Shown piece after piece: positions 15,101 to 28,400 of a DNA stretch of 64,000 nt (the first letter of the stretch is position 1; each line of letters begins with the position of its first letter). Source of the stretch: Balanoglossus misakiensis. Lineage: Eukaryota; Animalia; Hemichordata. The stretch lies in contig CM082587.2 in assembly GCA_040954595.2 (NCBI GenBank), positions 7,305,705-7,369,704 of the forward strand, given 5' to 3'. The position numbers were made by a program, and so were the translations under genes. Below the pieces are notes generated by a model. It did no database searches, was not told the origin of the DNA, and was given only the letters and a program-made list of their open reading frames with translations.

Positions 15101-17715
15101 ACTCCAAACCAGAAGTCTTTGTAAATGTAATTTCACATCAAAAGTAACCAACATCACCCAATGGTTGCATTCAGCATGGAGGAGTGTGAAGCCCTGTGTA
15201 CCAGACTGGCCATCATGGTGAACGGACACTTCAAATGTCTCGGCAGCATACAGCATCTGAAGAACAGGTTCGGGGATGGTTACACCGTAACTATCCGAGT
15301 GAAAGGAGCCAGGCCAAATCTACAACCGGTCATCCGTTACTTCATGAGAGCATTTCCGAATGCTGTCCTCAAAGTAGGTGGCAATGTATTGTAGTTGTTG
15401 TACAGTGTTATTTTTCAGTGTTACATATGTGTAATTTCAACATCCATACCATCAGGAGTATGTGGTCTTGAAAGGGACATTATGAGAATAAAAACGGTCA
15501 GATTTTCCTGTGGAAAAATCAAGGATTGTGATGCAGTCAATGTCAAGTATTTATATTGGGAAGTCTTTCAATAAAGTCCAATAAAATTGAAGTCAACCAT
15601 TGTATTAAACTGAATATCCTTCACAGCCATGTGATGTACAAGACCTCTTTCAAAGAATGATATGGGTTTATTGACCGAATGGGAATAGTACTGTCTTCAT
15701 GGAATTGTTATTGACTTCTTCATTTCCTGAATACCGTGAAATCATTGCTGCTTTGAATATAAAAACTGTCTCAGTTCTCTAGTGTCATTTTATTGACGCA
15801 TTGTATGTGTCTTGTCTGTCCTAACTGAACGTGGAATTGCACATTTTACAGGAGAAACATCATAACATGATCCAGTATGATTTACAAGCGGCTGACGACC
15901 TCTCCCTGAGTCACATCTTCGCGGAAATGAAGATCATGGAAGATATGCTGAACATTGAAGATTACTCCGTCAGCCAGACAACATTAGACAATGTGAGTCA
16001 GCACCTTTTACTGTCACATTTTGGTTTTGTCCCGTCGTTTTATGTGATAAGGATCGATTAGTGTACAAGAAATGTTGGTAGGGGATGTCGAAATGCGTGT
16101 TATAACCCCGTCTGCCCCTTCCTCCCAGTTTTTACCTTGTATATAAAGCGACCACACGTTTGTGGCTGACCTTTTGAAGGAGGTGGAATGTTCCAGAATT
16201 GTTATTTTATGAATAAACGTACAAACAGACCCACAGTTTTTGTTTCAAGAAGATTTGTTTCACTTTGTTGAAATATTGAACACAGAGAAAATGGAAGTGT
16301 AGGCATTTTAACTGTTATTGGCATGTATCAACATTGATGAGTGATAAAATTTGTATGTTTTACAAATAGCAATTATAGTCACCAGTCCACTTAATACTGT
16401 GGAGTATTGTAGGCCTACAGACAAAATTTGAGAAAATTCAGAAAAAAATGTAGCCCAAGCCAGTAGCATTTTGTTTAAATGTTTGTCTTTTCTTGTGCAG
16501 GTCTTCGTGAACTTTGCCAAACTGCAGTGTGAACGCATATCTGATGAGAGAGCGTCACTAGCACCCAGACGCAGAGTTCCTACAGAACTGGAAGATCTAC
16601 TCAACGATGAGTGTCTGGAGGATGATGACGACAACAATGGGGATGCGTACAGAGTACGATTTGATGGCTTGGAGGTGAGTTTATACAGACACTGAGATCA
16701 CCATCCCACGTACGTGACCATATTGGTTTCCATGTATCTAAGAAAATTTCCCATTCCATAGAAATTGAATTTTATCTGCCAGTTTACTTGAAAGCAGTGC
16801 AGTCGCCATGTCATCGAGCCACGTCATTTATTTTTACCTTCCAATGTGAACACAAAATCATTGCATTGCTTTGAATAGGAACATGCATGGATTTTTATCT
16901 TCTGGTAAAACCTTGTGTGGGCCTGTTTCCTAATGTACAGTCCAGTAATACTTTGGCGAATCCATGCTACGTCTGTCTGCCACACTGGAAGACATGTTGC
17001 TGAAATCATGGTCATTTAACACTGTGTGTGCAGTTGTATGACTTGTATATCCCTGTGCAGATTTCAGATTTCAGCTTGTCACAATGAGATTTGTAGAAAA
17101 TGGAAAAATGCCCAAAACTGTAATTAATATGTAACTATTTACTGAATGTACAATGATTTTCTTGCAAGTTACACAACACGTACACTGCATGCAGCCCCGA
17201 TATGAATTCTATGAGTCCTCCCAGCACGAGACCACCCACCCACTAGAGTGACCACCCACACTCCAATACCGCGAGTTCCATATTCCACTGCTCTCCATGG
17301 CAACATGCAATGCATATGTATACAACTTTATATGCATTTGTGTGTGTTGCCGACTCGAAAAGAAATGAGCAGAGACTATCAGTGAAATCCTAGTAGTTGT
17401 TCTCTATAGGGCAGTGTGCTGGAATTAGAAGTCTGCTTTGGGTATTATTCGAAGCTTACTGTGTCAATGATATTAGATTGTTGATTTCACCAGTGTATGA
17501 CGTTGGCGATCGCTGCAGCTTTCTGCAGACACGTCCTAGCTTGCACGTCATAGTATGCAATGTATTACTGGCTATATATACAAAAATTGTATATGGCACA
17601 AGATTGTACTTGTGCTGACTGTTAACTATGCAAGCTTCATTTATTTTTAACAGTCGTGTTTCCGTTGTCTTTTCTCTTACAGAGCCATCTTGCGTTCAAC
17701 ATGGAAGTGGTTTGA
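146..17715 (+). CDS. ABCA2: ABC transporter subfamily A, ABCA2-like (5'-partial, 29 exons in window)
   Basis: GT-AG exons: 146-350, 761-937, 1319-1392, 1786-1895, 2295-2426, 2703-2783, 3055-3251, 3639-3842, 4067-4396, 4707-5072, 5445-6092, 7115-7322, 7847-7952, 8462-8637, 9111-9285, 9815-9930, 10346-10493, 10592-10715, 10932-11064, 11631-11751, 12441-12512, 12741-12847, 13257-13398, 13775-13909, 14218-14321, 15175-15373, 15852-15992, 16501-16674, 17683-17715. NBD1: [37 protein letters not shown]2: [39 protein letters not shown]2-type stretches: [36 protein letters not shown], and terminal SHLAFN. Confidence 0.93.
567..669. mobile_element. Short piggyBac-like (TTAA) MITE, copy 1
   Basis: TTAA-CCC...GGG-TAAA ends; the interior (tctatggtaagg..ggacctctaaacagggaactg) is the reverse complement of the element at 13461-13555. 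Confidence 0.55.
3328..3534. mobile_element. TA-flanked MITE (Tc1/mariner-type), copy 1
   Basis: TIRs CTGTAAAACA...TGTTTTACAG flanked by TA on both sides; interior rich in TTCGCGA; second copy at 11104-11276. Confidence 0.8.
6144..6599 (+). mobile_element. IR-body-IR-hairpin element A (unclassified non-autonomous)
   Basis: 14-bp inverted repeats 6144-6157 and 6456-6469 bound a body; followed directly by a hairpin at 6471-6599 with 32-bp perfect outer arms. Confidence 0.7.
8802..8940. repeat. Degenerate (CA)n/(CAGA) microsatellite
   Basis: Visible CA-rich low-complexity run in an ABCA intron. Confidence 0.8.
9394..9549. mobile_element. TA-flanked pogo/Tigger-like MITE
   Basis: Perfect 17-bp TIRs CAGTAAAACCTGTCTAA / TTAGACAGGTTTTACTG with TA on both sides. 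Confidence 0.8.
11104..11276. mobile_element. TA-flanked MITE, copy 2 (internally deleted relative of 3328-3534)
   Basis: Perfect 24-bp TIRs CTGTAAAACACTTTATTTTCGCGA, TA target duplication, interior near-identical to copy 1. Confidence 0.85.
11695..12200 (+). repeat. Decayed tandem copies of an exon-end/donor segment
   Basis: Motifs gtgctc.gagg.gag..aatgattt.tta.gacttgt.aat and ctggtcaataatga.ttattacc recur about 4 times, starting inside exon 11631-11751. Confidence 0.6.
12923..13023. repeat. Compound (GAGT)n(GAAT)n microsatellite
   Basis: Read directly from the sequence. Confidence 0.95.
13461..13555. mobile_element. Short piggyBac-like (TTAA) MITE, copy 2
   Basis: TTAA-CCCTTTTCACC...GGTGAAAGGT-TTAA; inverted relative of 567-669. 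Confidence 0.6.
14469..14961. repeat. Intronic minisatellite, ~77-bp unit, ~6.4 copies
   Basis: Units start at 14469, 14545, 14622, 14699; each is made of two related halves containing ACCAGGTG.TC.GACCACACAA. Confidence 0.92.
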
Positions 17716-20700
17716 ATACCGACAAGAGGCGGGAGATTCCAACCATTGTGTCAGTGTGACGATGTGAAGATTATATTCATATAGAAGCCAAATCGTTATT
17801 GAATGTAGATCTGTCGTTTGGAGTTCCTGAGAGCAGAACAAGACACTGCGTGACAGGAAACTGTTATTATACTGTCCTCTCTACAAGGTGCATCAACCAA
17901 GGAATCTAAAACCACGTCCATATGCTGTACTATAATCGTGAAAGAATTCCTTCTGTGTATATATAGTGCAATTCAACCTCTTCCCCATCCAGACAGGCCT
18001 CGATCTATATAGCTCAAAAAGCTAGTTAGTGCTATCATGTTGTGAAGTAACATGTAAAATAACTTCAGGAAAACCTGTGGAACGCTTGCTGGGGTGGTCT
18101 GGTGTGAAGAGATTACACCATATGCAGTATTAATAAAAAAGGCAGTTTTCTCACCAGTTTATGATATGAGGAAATCTTACAGATCCTTTCTTACTTCTCT
18201 GGGGAAAAAGCAATCGTCAAAATTCTTTTTAAAAAAATCCATGTTTCAAGTGGAACAGTTGCATGTATGCCCTAAAGGTTGTGTTCCATTTAATAGTGTA
18301 CAACCTGGGCCTTATTTTAAGAATACTCTCGGTTAAAAATTTGTGTAAACTTTTGTCACAAAGCAGTACTATTTTGATTATACCCCCCCCCCTCTAATAG
18401 TACATTGGGCAAGCGCTTCATGTTTTGTTTTGCCATCGATAGTGCGCGCTTCCAATCCAAGACTGGTGGATTTTTCTGCAGTCCGTATACGCACTGAAGA
18501 CACCGATTCTCAGACCCATATCCGACCATGCTGGAGGCTTTACCCTTTCTGTTGGACAATTATCCCTTGTATGCTACAGAACCCCGAACTCTGCAAGTTG
18601 TGCTGACTTCGAGTATTTACCCACACATCACATTTTTTATCCCATCCAAGGGTGGGATTCAACCCTGTCAGTTACAGAGTGTTTTTTTTAATCTGTTCAC
18701 TACAAACAGGGTGTTAGCTTCTACGTTCTTCTTCTTCTTCAAAAGTTGATTAATTACAGGTGCTAATTATTGGTTCTTAGGAATACAAAGGGGTAGCTGG
18801 TTGATCAGAGTTCTTGTCTCCACGATCTGACGCAAATAGTTTTTCAATCCTTTTCGAATTAGCATATATTAGAGATGCAGACAGACATTTAGGGTAAAGT
18901 TAAGGGCTGCATGGCAAGGAAATTGACCAATCACGAGACTTGGGAGTCTGAAATTAAATGCCACTAGTGGTCGAATGTAGGATAAACATCACATTGCTCA
19001 ATTTATACCACTGACTGTACCAGATGTGCTTTCCGAAACATTTTGTCCACATTTCAGTTTCTGTTTTTTGATCATCCAGATCAACTCTGTTGCATGTGAA
19101 GCTGACACAGTTTCAGGTGGAAGCGATGAAAGCTGTCAAAGCCAACACTTGATAGACTGGAAACCTGAACAGACTGAACACCCCCACCCCTCTCAAGGCA
19201 TTGCCCAATAGAGTCTGTGTGTACAAAAGAGACATTTGTATTACCAAACACGTCTGCCAAATGCAATATTTGTGCAGGGTATAGACAAGGTTGACAGTTT
19301 CCAGTTCAGTTATCGTATTTGAATTTTCTAAGGTTTCTATTTAATTTATAATAATAATAACGACTGAGATTTCATTTCTTAACAAAAATCATGTACCATC
19401 TTGCTGGCCCAAGTTCTTTCTAAAATTTAGCTACTATCATCTGATGTTAAATTTGCTTACTGTTCTTTTTAAGCTGGATCTCAAAATTTTCTTTAAAAAG
19501 CAAACTTTTAATTATATAAATTTAATGTTTTTGGAATATTCTTTTCAACGTAATTGTCTTATTTATTATTTTTTGTCCATATGTGATAATTTATTTTAAT
19601 CAATGTAAACTGTATTTAAGTTGTGAAAAGTTTGAATTGATCATCTCAGTTTATTTTTAAAGTTAAATTTAAGGTAACTTGTGAGGTTCGTGACAGTATA
19701 TTTTAATTACAAATTTCTTGGTCAGAGTCAGATTTTGACACCAAAGATCGGTCTATATGGTCATTTTAAGAAAACCTGATGTGTACACTGGCGGTAAACC
19801 ATGTCTCAGATTTTTAAAAGACACCCCCCCCCCCCCCATTATTTCAGGTCATATTTTCCAAGATCGTTTTTGTCATAATAATTTGTTTAAAACCTGGTTA
19901 TTGAGAATGCTGTATGATTGTGTGAAAACTTGGTGGACTTCCTATTATCACCATTTTGAGTTTAATACACTATAAAAGACAAAGAAATGTGTCAAAAGTA
20001 CAAACTGAGTGCAGGACGTTGCCATACACTCTTGTCATTATTGACAAGTTGTCACCTCTAAAAACCACAGAAAAACGAGTAGTTTGTATGAAAAGGGCCA
20101 TTTCAGGAATTTCAAAAGTACCCATATGAACCTCACAAGCTACCTTATTGGCAGCTTACATTTTGTTTGGTTCAGTTTTGTACTTTAGCAAAACCGTCGT
20201 TAAACTCACTCTAATGTTTTTGTGTGTGTGCCAATATTTGTGTTGTTTGATTTTATTTAAACACTGGGGGCGCTGTCACACTGCTACAGGTGATAACCAT
20301 GCATCTGGGTAGTCAACTCCGTAAAGCCAAAAATGTTGTGCCACTATCGTCCGTGCCACAGCTCATGAGAATTCTTTTGAATAAAAACAAACTTTGCATT
20401 TTTCCAGGAAAAAAAACCAAGGCTTGACTTTGAGTTCTCCAGTTGGCTCCAAGAGCCAAGGTTTCGAAGTCCGCGCAAACGATAGAATATCAACTAATGC
20501 TACATTGTACTCTAAACCAATTCCATCCCCATATCAGATTTTAGAAACTTTCAACAGCATAATTCGAAAATAACTATAATTCTGAATGCATATCATTTTA
20601 GTGAATTTTTTTGTCGTGTGAAATACTTCACAATTTTCTGTTTGAAACTTCAGAAGAAAAAGTTCTTTTATGAATTCTTGAAATTGGGGCAGCTCTTTTT

Positions 20701-22485
20701 TTCGTCAGTTAAGGAAACTTTTCAGGATAGAAATGTATTACTTGTGTGATTTTGCATAGCTTCTAAAAGCCTTGAGTGCTAATGAGTAAATTTAAAGACA
20801 AGGGAAAATGATACGATGAAGAATCTGTTTCTGTATTGCCTGGTTGTCTTAGAATCTTCCTTGGCAAAAAAACACAGTCCCTCCAACTTACCGGGAAACT
20901 GTGGCAAAACGCTTTGATATGATCATGAGTCAGAGCGCCAATTGTGTGATTCACGTTTTGCACGGAGGAATTGTAATTTACATTAAAGTGCATGTCTACA
21001 AGGTATCCCAAAAAATGTGTATTGACCCAAGGCACATTATCATGGTATTTACATATTTCTATTCAAATGCACTTTGACCCTGACATAACTAAAAGAGCAG
21101 TGATTGGACCTATATATATATTTGTAGTTTCTTCTTTTCTATTGGTTATACACAATCAGAGTCTATTTACTACAGGCGGTGTCTATTCTCTAGTTCAGAC
21201 CGGTATAGGATATAATATTGATTACTGTTGCAATATATCTTGTATTTGTCTCGTAAACCTTGATAATAAAGTAATTTCTGGTCCAAATGTATACCTTTCA
21301 TTTGATTCCATAGTACGGACGCGTTATTAGTCTATAAATGGAAATTTTGGTGCACTATTTTTTTTTCTCATGGTTTGACTAACCTTGAAAATAATTGTAT
21401 TTCTGACCCTAATTTCATTGTTAGAGAAGAAATACTGTCATGTATGTATATGCTTGACTGTATGCATGTATGAACATGCATGCATGTCTGTTAACTGTGC
21501 AGTACAATTCACTACCATACAGTCACAAACAACAAAAGACAAACTTAGGATACAGTATCAGTTAAGAATGAATTTTACTTCTTAGATTTCATTTGAATAC
21601 ATCATCATAGCCAACTTTTCCAGAAAAGCCCAGTTCAATGGGTGCAAATGTGGGACACTAGGAAAGTAGGCCAGTTTGTTATAAATGACAACAAACATGC
21701 AACAGTATGTACATGTATCTTGTGCTCCTGGGGTATTTATAATAACTATTTCTACGGAGACAGCATCTCTAGAGAAAGCCTAGTGAAAATATTCGACTAT
21801 TTTAGTCATATTTGAATTTTGGTGTGATCTGCACTTTCAAATCTTGACAACATGAGTCCAGAATATTGGTCACAGTTTAGGTCACTGTATGGGTATTTTC
21901 CATTAACAAGTCTCATTTAAAAGTACATTGATTTAAAATTCGTTCACAATTACTGTATCGTTTCACAAGGAAAATGCATGCGATGCTTTTACATTAAATT
22001 TTAAGTGCCTTTAATCATTTCTATTGCCATAAAATGTGACCTGTTCCCATAGACTGTCTATGCTGTTCCAAGCAGTGCTCTGACCAGATACATCTCACAC
22101 TATGGCAAACAGCAGTTGAGAGCGAAGATGCAACTTTTTAATGTTGAAAAATCCAAATTAGCACGGAGCACAATCTGGTTGGTAGGAAAATTTCTATCTG
22201 AATAACTTACTGTTCTCGTGACACCCTCAGATTTTTCATGTCATCATGAAATTCGGAATCTGAATACAAGTCTATGGTGCTGAGTTCATTATCTTACAAA
22301 GCAAATGTTGAAATGGCAACAATTCTGGACGAGTTAGTGTCTGTATGCTGACTTAGAGAAATAAAAAATCTATAGTACATCACAGTATGGTATAAAGGCA
22401 ACATCTTGTGTAAAATTTAGGCAACGAAAACTTGGGTAAATTTCTTGTGGCGCTTTGCGGAATTTTCTTTGTTTTGCATAGTTGT

Positions 22486-25400
22486 TTATTCAGCAGCTTT
22501 GAGCATGGCGATGGCTGCAGTCAGTTTGGAGATCTCGTTTCCTGTCTGTGAAAGCTGAAATGGAGAAGAAATAACATGTTTATTTAAAAGATATAGAAAT
22601 GAACATTGTGCCGTGGAATAAAGTAAATTATGGTAAAAATCTACGCACAAACTCAGGAAATAATATACGTTTTTTTGTATTTAACAGAACGAACAATGAG
22701 TATGTGCATTACACTGTTAAAGAACACCAATTGTAAGATTACCTTTTCTTCATTTGCCTGTCGTATATTTTCAGGAACTTTGTTTTCGTAATCCTCTATC
22801 TTGGTTGCATTTTGTAGTTTGTTTTGTTGTGCGACTAATCTTTCCACTTTTTGTTCAAGCTTCGTAACTTCTTTGTCCATGTCAATCATTCCCTGAAATG
22901 GAATGATGAAAACGTTTTGTTTACATTTCCTTCATGCAATCTTACACAGAACAGCAGATTTAAATTTAACCCTAATGCTACTGGGTGTCATATCTGTTTA
23001 GAGATTCAAGTCCCTTAAAATACATATTTCAACTTTTTTTACTTAGACACACTTGGCAGTCTGCGCCCCCCGAAAAATGTACCAAATCGTACTGTATTGG
23101 TCTGAGGGTCTTGTATAGGCCCTTCTGAATAACACACACTTAGCAGCCTAACAGGCCTGGGAGCCAGGATTCTAGGCACCCTGGAAATCAAACCAGTTTC
23201 AACTGACTTGGCAGCGTTAGGGTTAACTCTAGATTTTTAGCATGTACATCCTTTCACTTCCATTTCAAAATCAACTGGAATCAAATCCGTCATCAACCCT
23301 CACAACGCCTACCTTGAGTAAAAGATGTACTTCACATTTGTCCGAGACGGTCGCGATGGCACAACCGAGGGGTGGTTGTTCTTCATGCTGCATGCAGTGT
23401 ATGGTGGAGGTGCTGGCCAGCGTTTGCATTATCTGGGCGTACGGCTCCAGGAGCGCGACGATGGAGGGATTACCACATCGCAGGTACACTGCAAGAAAAA
23501 AAAAGTACAACGAGGAGATAAAAATCAATCAAATCATATACTGGTTGCCGTTTCACTCATATCACGAAAACTCAGAAAACTTCCCCAATTAATACATAAT
23601 GGAATGTCCCTGACCCAGAAAAAATGACTGGATCATTCCATTTTGCAGGACATTGGGGGTAGGGATGGGGATCGATGACTCACCTTCTGGTTTCTGTTTT
23701 GTAAGTTGGTATTCTGCCCTGATCACGCGGATCTCTTTGATGACATTCTGGACAAACTCAAAATCTTGCTCCAACTGTTCATCTCTGAAAGCAAACTGTC
23801 AAAAAGGCAAAAAAAAAGTTTTACATCGCTGAGTGCAAACATGCACAATATGACTTTCTCAGTATGCAAAATCAGAGGAACGGGTAATGACTAATTTCAC
23901 AGCTAACGTCCAAAAAAGACACAAATTAAAGATTCCACAGCTTACATCCTTCGCCTCTGGGTAAGCAGTCACGCATATGCTAGGTGGCCCATCCTCTGAT
24001 CTCCTTGGCAACCGTTGCCATAGCTCCTCGCTGACGAACGGCATGAAGGGACTGATGAGTTTGAGTCCGGTATCCAGGCACGTGTAGAGCACGTTCCTGA
24101 CGGTGGCCTTGGCTTGTTCGTCGCTGCCCTGGATAATCGGCTTCATGTATTCCTGGAAAATGGAGCAGGGTGTGAGGAAGACCAATCTGGCGGTGTGGTC
24201 GTCATGGTTTCTGACATGAGAGCTTAGTTTTAATGGTGTGTGTGTGTGATGGTGTATTCCAAGATCCATGTGAGTTCAACCATCACGGACACTTCACCTA
24301 CATATTAGTATGAAGTGTACACTTGTGATGGTGAACTGGTTTCATTTGCCCCACATATACATCTAGCAGTACACATTATCAGTACTGCAGTTGTCAATAG
24401 TGGGGGTTCAAACTCAAAAATCTATCTTTTGTTGGGATCAAGACCTATGCTTTATGGAATATAAAAATTTTCTAAAAAACTGCACATCTTCCTGAGAATC
24501 TTAAATACTTCTGGATTATCAAATGATTGTAAGTGTAGGTTCTTACCACATAGACATCACAAAGTTCATAGAGCCACAGATTGTATATGGAGGTAGTGAT
24601 CGCCGGGAAATCGTACTCTGGCCAACCGGTCTCGCAGGTTTTCACGGCACTGCTGAGTCTACTCAACATCCATTTGTCAACCAAGCTCTCTGATCCTGTT
24701 GCCTGTTGGTGGAGAAGAGTGTGTCTTTCTTTGGAGATTCTATGTGTGTGTGTGTGTGTGTGTGTCTGTGTGTGTGGTACTGTGCGGGAAAATGAATGTG
24801 TTGTCAAACCATCTTGTGTATGTTGAAATTTTTTTTCATGCCGTGTGCCAGTAGAGTCATTGCCCAGTTGGCTTCTGATTGGTCTTATTTCTTTGTGAAG
24901 TCATTCACCACATAGGTCTATACCAGGTGTGCGTATGATGTAACCAAACGAATACATCCCTCGAACACTGTCTGATATACATTTGTCTGTATTGTAGCTC
25001 CAGTTTTAGTAAGTGGTTGGTGTGTGTGATGGTGTACATCGAGATCCATGTGAGTTCAACCATCACAGACACTTCACCTACATTTTAGTATGACGTGTAC
25101 ACGTGTGATGGTGAACTGGTTTCATTTTCCCCACATATACATCTAGCAGTACACATTATCAGTACAGCAGTTGTCAATAGTGGGGTTCAAACTCGAAAAT
25201 CTATCTTCCGGCAGAAATATCCGTCTGTATCAACTGAATCTTCCACTGCCATTCAAACTATGTATTTGCTGAAGAATCTGAATTGGTGGTAGTGGTGATG
25301 TACCGGTATAGCGAGATGAAACATTTTGGGAACGGGTTAAAATTGTGAAGTCAGCTCTTCAAAATGAATTCTCTGTCCACCTGAGGTGGTGTTTCATGAT

Positions 25401-28400
25401 TGCTTTATAGGGGCACACTTTATCAGCTGTCAAACACACTGGCTTGGGAGGTCATACTATCATCGATGCTACACTGTGTCAATTGAGAATTCAAGTCACA
25501 ATACGAAAATGGTGTATGCTCGACACTGTCCTAGAAAACATGCTAAATTTCCAGCGTGTGACAATGGCTCAGAGTTCACCAAATGGGGGATCGAACACAT
25601 CAGAGAACATTGCTTGCTACCACACCTGAATCTGTGTCGCTGGCTTGTAGTTTTCACCCAGTGACATCAGTGCGAATTTTGTCGCGTTCCACAGCTTGTT
25701 ACAGAAATGACGGTAACCCTGGACACGTAGCACATCTAAGTTGATATCACGACCTGAAAGAAAGAAAGAAAGAAAAATAATCAATTTAGCTCTGTCTTCT
25801 AAATCCGAACAGTCAATCCGCATAAAGAATCATAACAGTTCCTATGGCGATATTTTTGCATCTGAAGTCTGACTGTCAGCTGATATGTGGCACTGGACGA
25901 GTGTCACTTTCAAATTTCGATCAAGTACAATTGCTAGCCATTTTTACTTTCACCCATCCCATTTTCTCAAATCCAGAATATTCTCATCGAAAAATATTCC
26001 ATCTGGTGCCACAAATGTACCTACCTTGTGACGTGTATGCACACAGTGCAAATCTCAGTGCATCCGTTCCGCATTCCGGAATGCCAGTCGGATAATCCTC
26101 CTTCTGTCCTTTCTTGGCCTTGTCAATTTCTTTCGGGTCCAAGTTGCTGCCTTCTAACTGCTGATAAAGACCCTGCAAAGCACAATATTGCAACAAATAT
26201 TTTATAGATATTCTGACTTATAAATTGAAAAACAAAAAATTGAAAATCAAACACCAGTTCTCTGCAATGAACTATTGGTTGTAAAAATGTACTATAATTT
26301 TTTCTTGAATTAAACATTCTTCCTACCTCTAATGATATTCCATGGATCACATCCAGAGGATCGATCACATTCCCGAGAGATTTGCTCATTTTCCGACCGT
26401 GCGCGTCCCTGACCATGGCATGTAAATAGACCTCCCGGAAGGGCAGTTTCCCGCACAGTTTCTGTCCGAACATGACCATCCTGGCCACCCAGAAGAACAG
26501 GATGTCGTGACCCGTCTCCAGCAGAGTGCCGGGGTAGAAAACCTGCAAGTCTTCAGTCTGTCAAGGAAAAATACAACACAATTCAGTTTAAAAAAGCATT
26601 CAGTAGTTCAATTCTTTCATTTGCACACACTCGCTTTCAAACAATTTTGAAATTCCTTGAGAGACTGTGAATTTGCAAAATTTCAACAGGCAGTGAATAA
26701 ATGCTGTCAGTACAAATAAGCCTTTTCAACACATGATCCCTTTTAGATATTATTTTCGAGAACACTTGTGCTCCAGAAAGACTACCAGTATTTGTAGAGT
26801 AAATTTATGTGTTGTTTCACTTTTGATGACCAAAAGAATAACAGCATCGCACTAATCCGACCAAACCATGTACAGTATTGATTACTGATCCCACTTTTAC
26901 CCCCCAAAGTCTAACTTCAACGATGCAAGGACAACAATACCAACTGTAGCTAACCTACCTCATCTGGCCATCCAAATATAGAGAAAGGGAAAAGTGCTGA
27001 AGAGTACCACGTGTCTAACACATCCTCATCTGAAAAGAAAATTAAAAAAATAGCAATTTATTACACCGCAAGATTTGGATTGGTAAGCACAGGGCTAAGA
27101 TGTCCAGACGACAGACAAATTCCCTGTGTTGTATTCTTCCACATAAATCTGCATTCAGTGTTTTCAAAAGGAGACTCTTACCTTGTCTGAGTTGTATTTT
27201 GTCCTGGCTCACACCAAATCTCTCCGCAGCTTTCTTCCTGGCCTCCTCTTCATCTCTGCCACTCACCCAGTATTTTCCGTCCGTGTCCTATAAGTCAAGA
27301 ATTGGGTTTCGAGACGTTCACAAATTTTGGCAAACAGGAACTTGTTTCTGGTTGAACAAGTAATATATACGCTACCACAACATCTTGCCACGATTGAAAT
27401 AAAGGGCGGGAAAATAAATATAAAAATTCTTCAAACTCACCTCACCAGCCGGTATGCTTGGGTCATCAATGGTAACAAAATAAGCAGGAATACGATGTCC
27501 CCACCACAACTGACGAGATATGCACCAATCTCTGTTGTGAACAGAAAAGGGCATAAATTATTGAACGGATTCTATGGAAGGTTACATATAAATGTTTGTA
27601 TTTTTTTCAATGAATTATATTACTTGTTTACTTGCTGCCTGTATGTAAATTGCTTGACCTAATCAATTAAGCTATACAAAAACAATACTTGATTGATTAC
27701 CTGATATTGTTCAGCCAGGAATTCCAGGTTTTGATGTGCATGTCTGGTATGATTTTCAACTCGCCCTTCTCGACCACTTCAACAGCATTTCTTGCCATCT
27801 CTGCGCAGTCCACGTACCACTGGGGCTTGATCAGCGGTTCAACGATGTCTTTGGAGCGACTGAATCAAGAATCAAAATAAGAAAATGAATTTCGATCTCT
27901 GTCTGTCTGTCTCTGTTTCTCTCTCTCCAATTTTAACTATTATCAATTCATTGCTTTGGTGATAAGTTGAGTCGAAGTCTCATTCATGGTTGATCCAATC
28001 CTTTCTGTCATTAAACTGTGGTCCAGTCATGCACATTGTAGTGTACTGTGAGATGGGGTCAAAGGTGAAATGATCTGTTGGAAACACAAACTGACTAACA
28101 ACCAAACGTGAATGGCAGGCAAGTCTGCCCGCAGCAAGCTTCTGTTCATATCACGGTTTCAGTTCGAACAGTACGACAAGAACACCACGGCCAGATTTGG
28201 TGTACTGTGAATTGTGTTGAAATAGTGATGGACTAATTTGTAAACCAATCTGTTTCTAAGCATGATAGAACTCTTCACAAAGGTAATAACCGTAATTCAT
28301 AAATGAAACCAAGCCCTATGATAAACATCACATCTTATTACCTGCAGATAGGGACTACCATAGGGTTATCTTTGGTCTCCCGGTACAGACCCTTCTCTTT

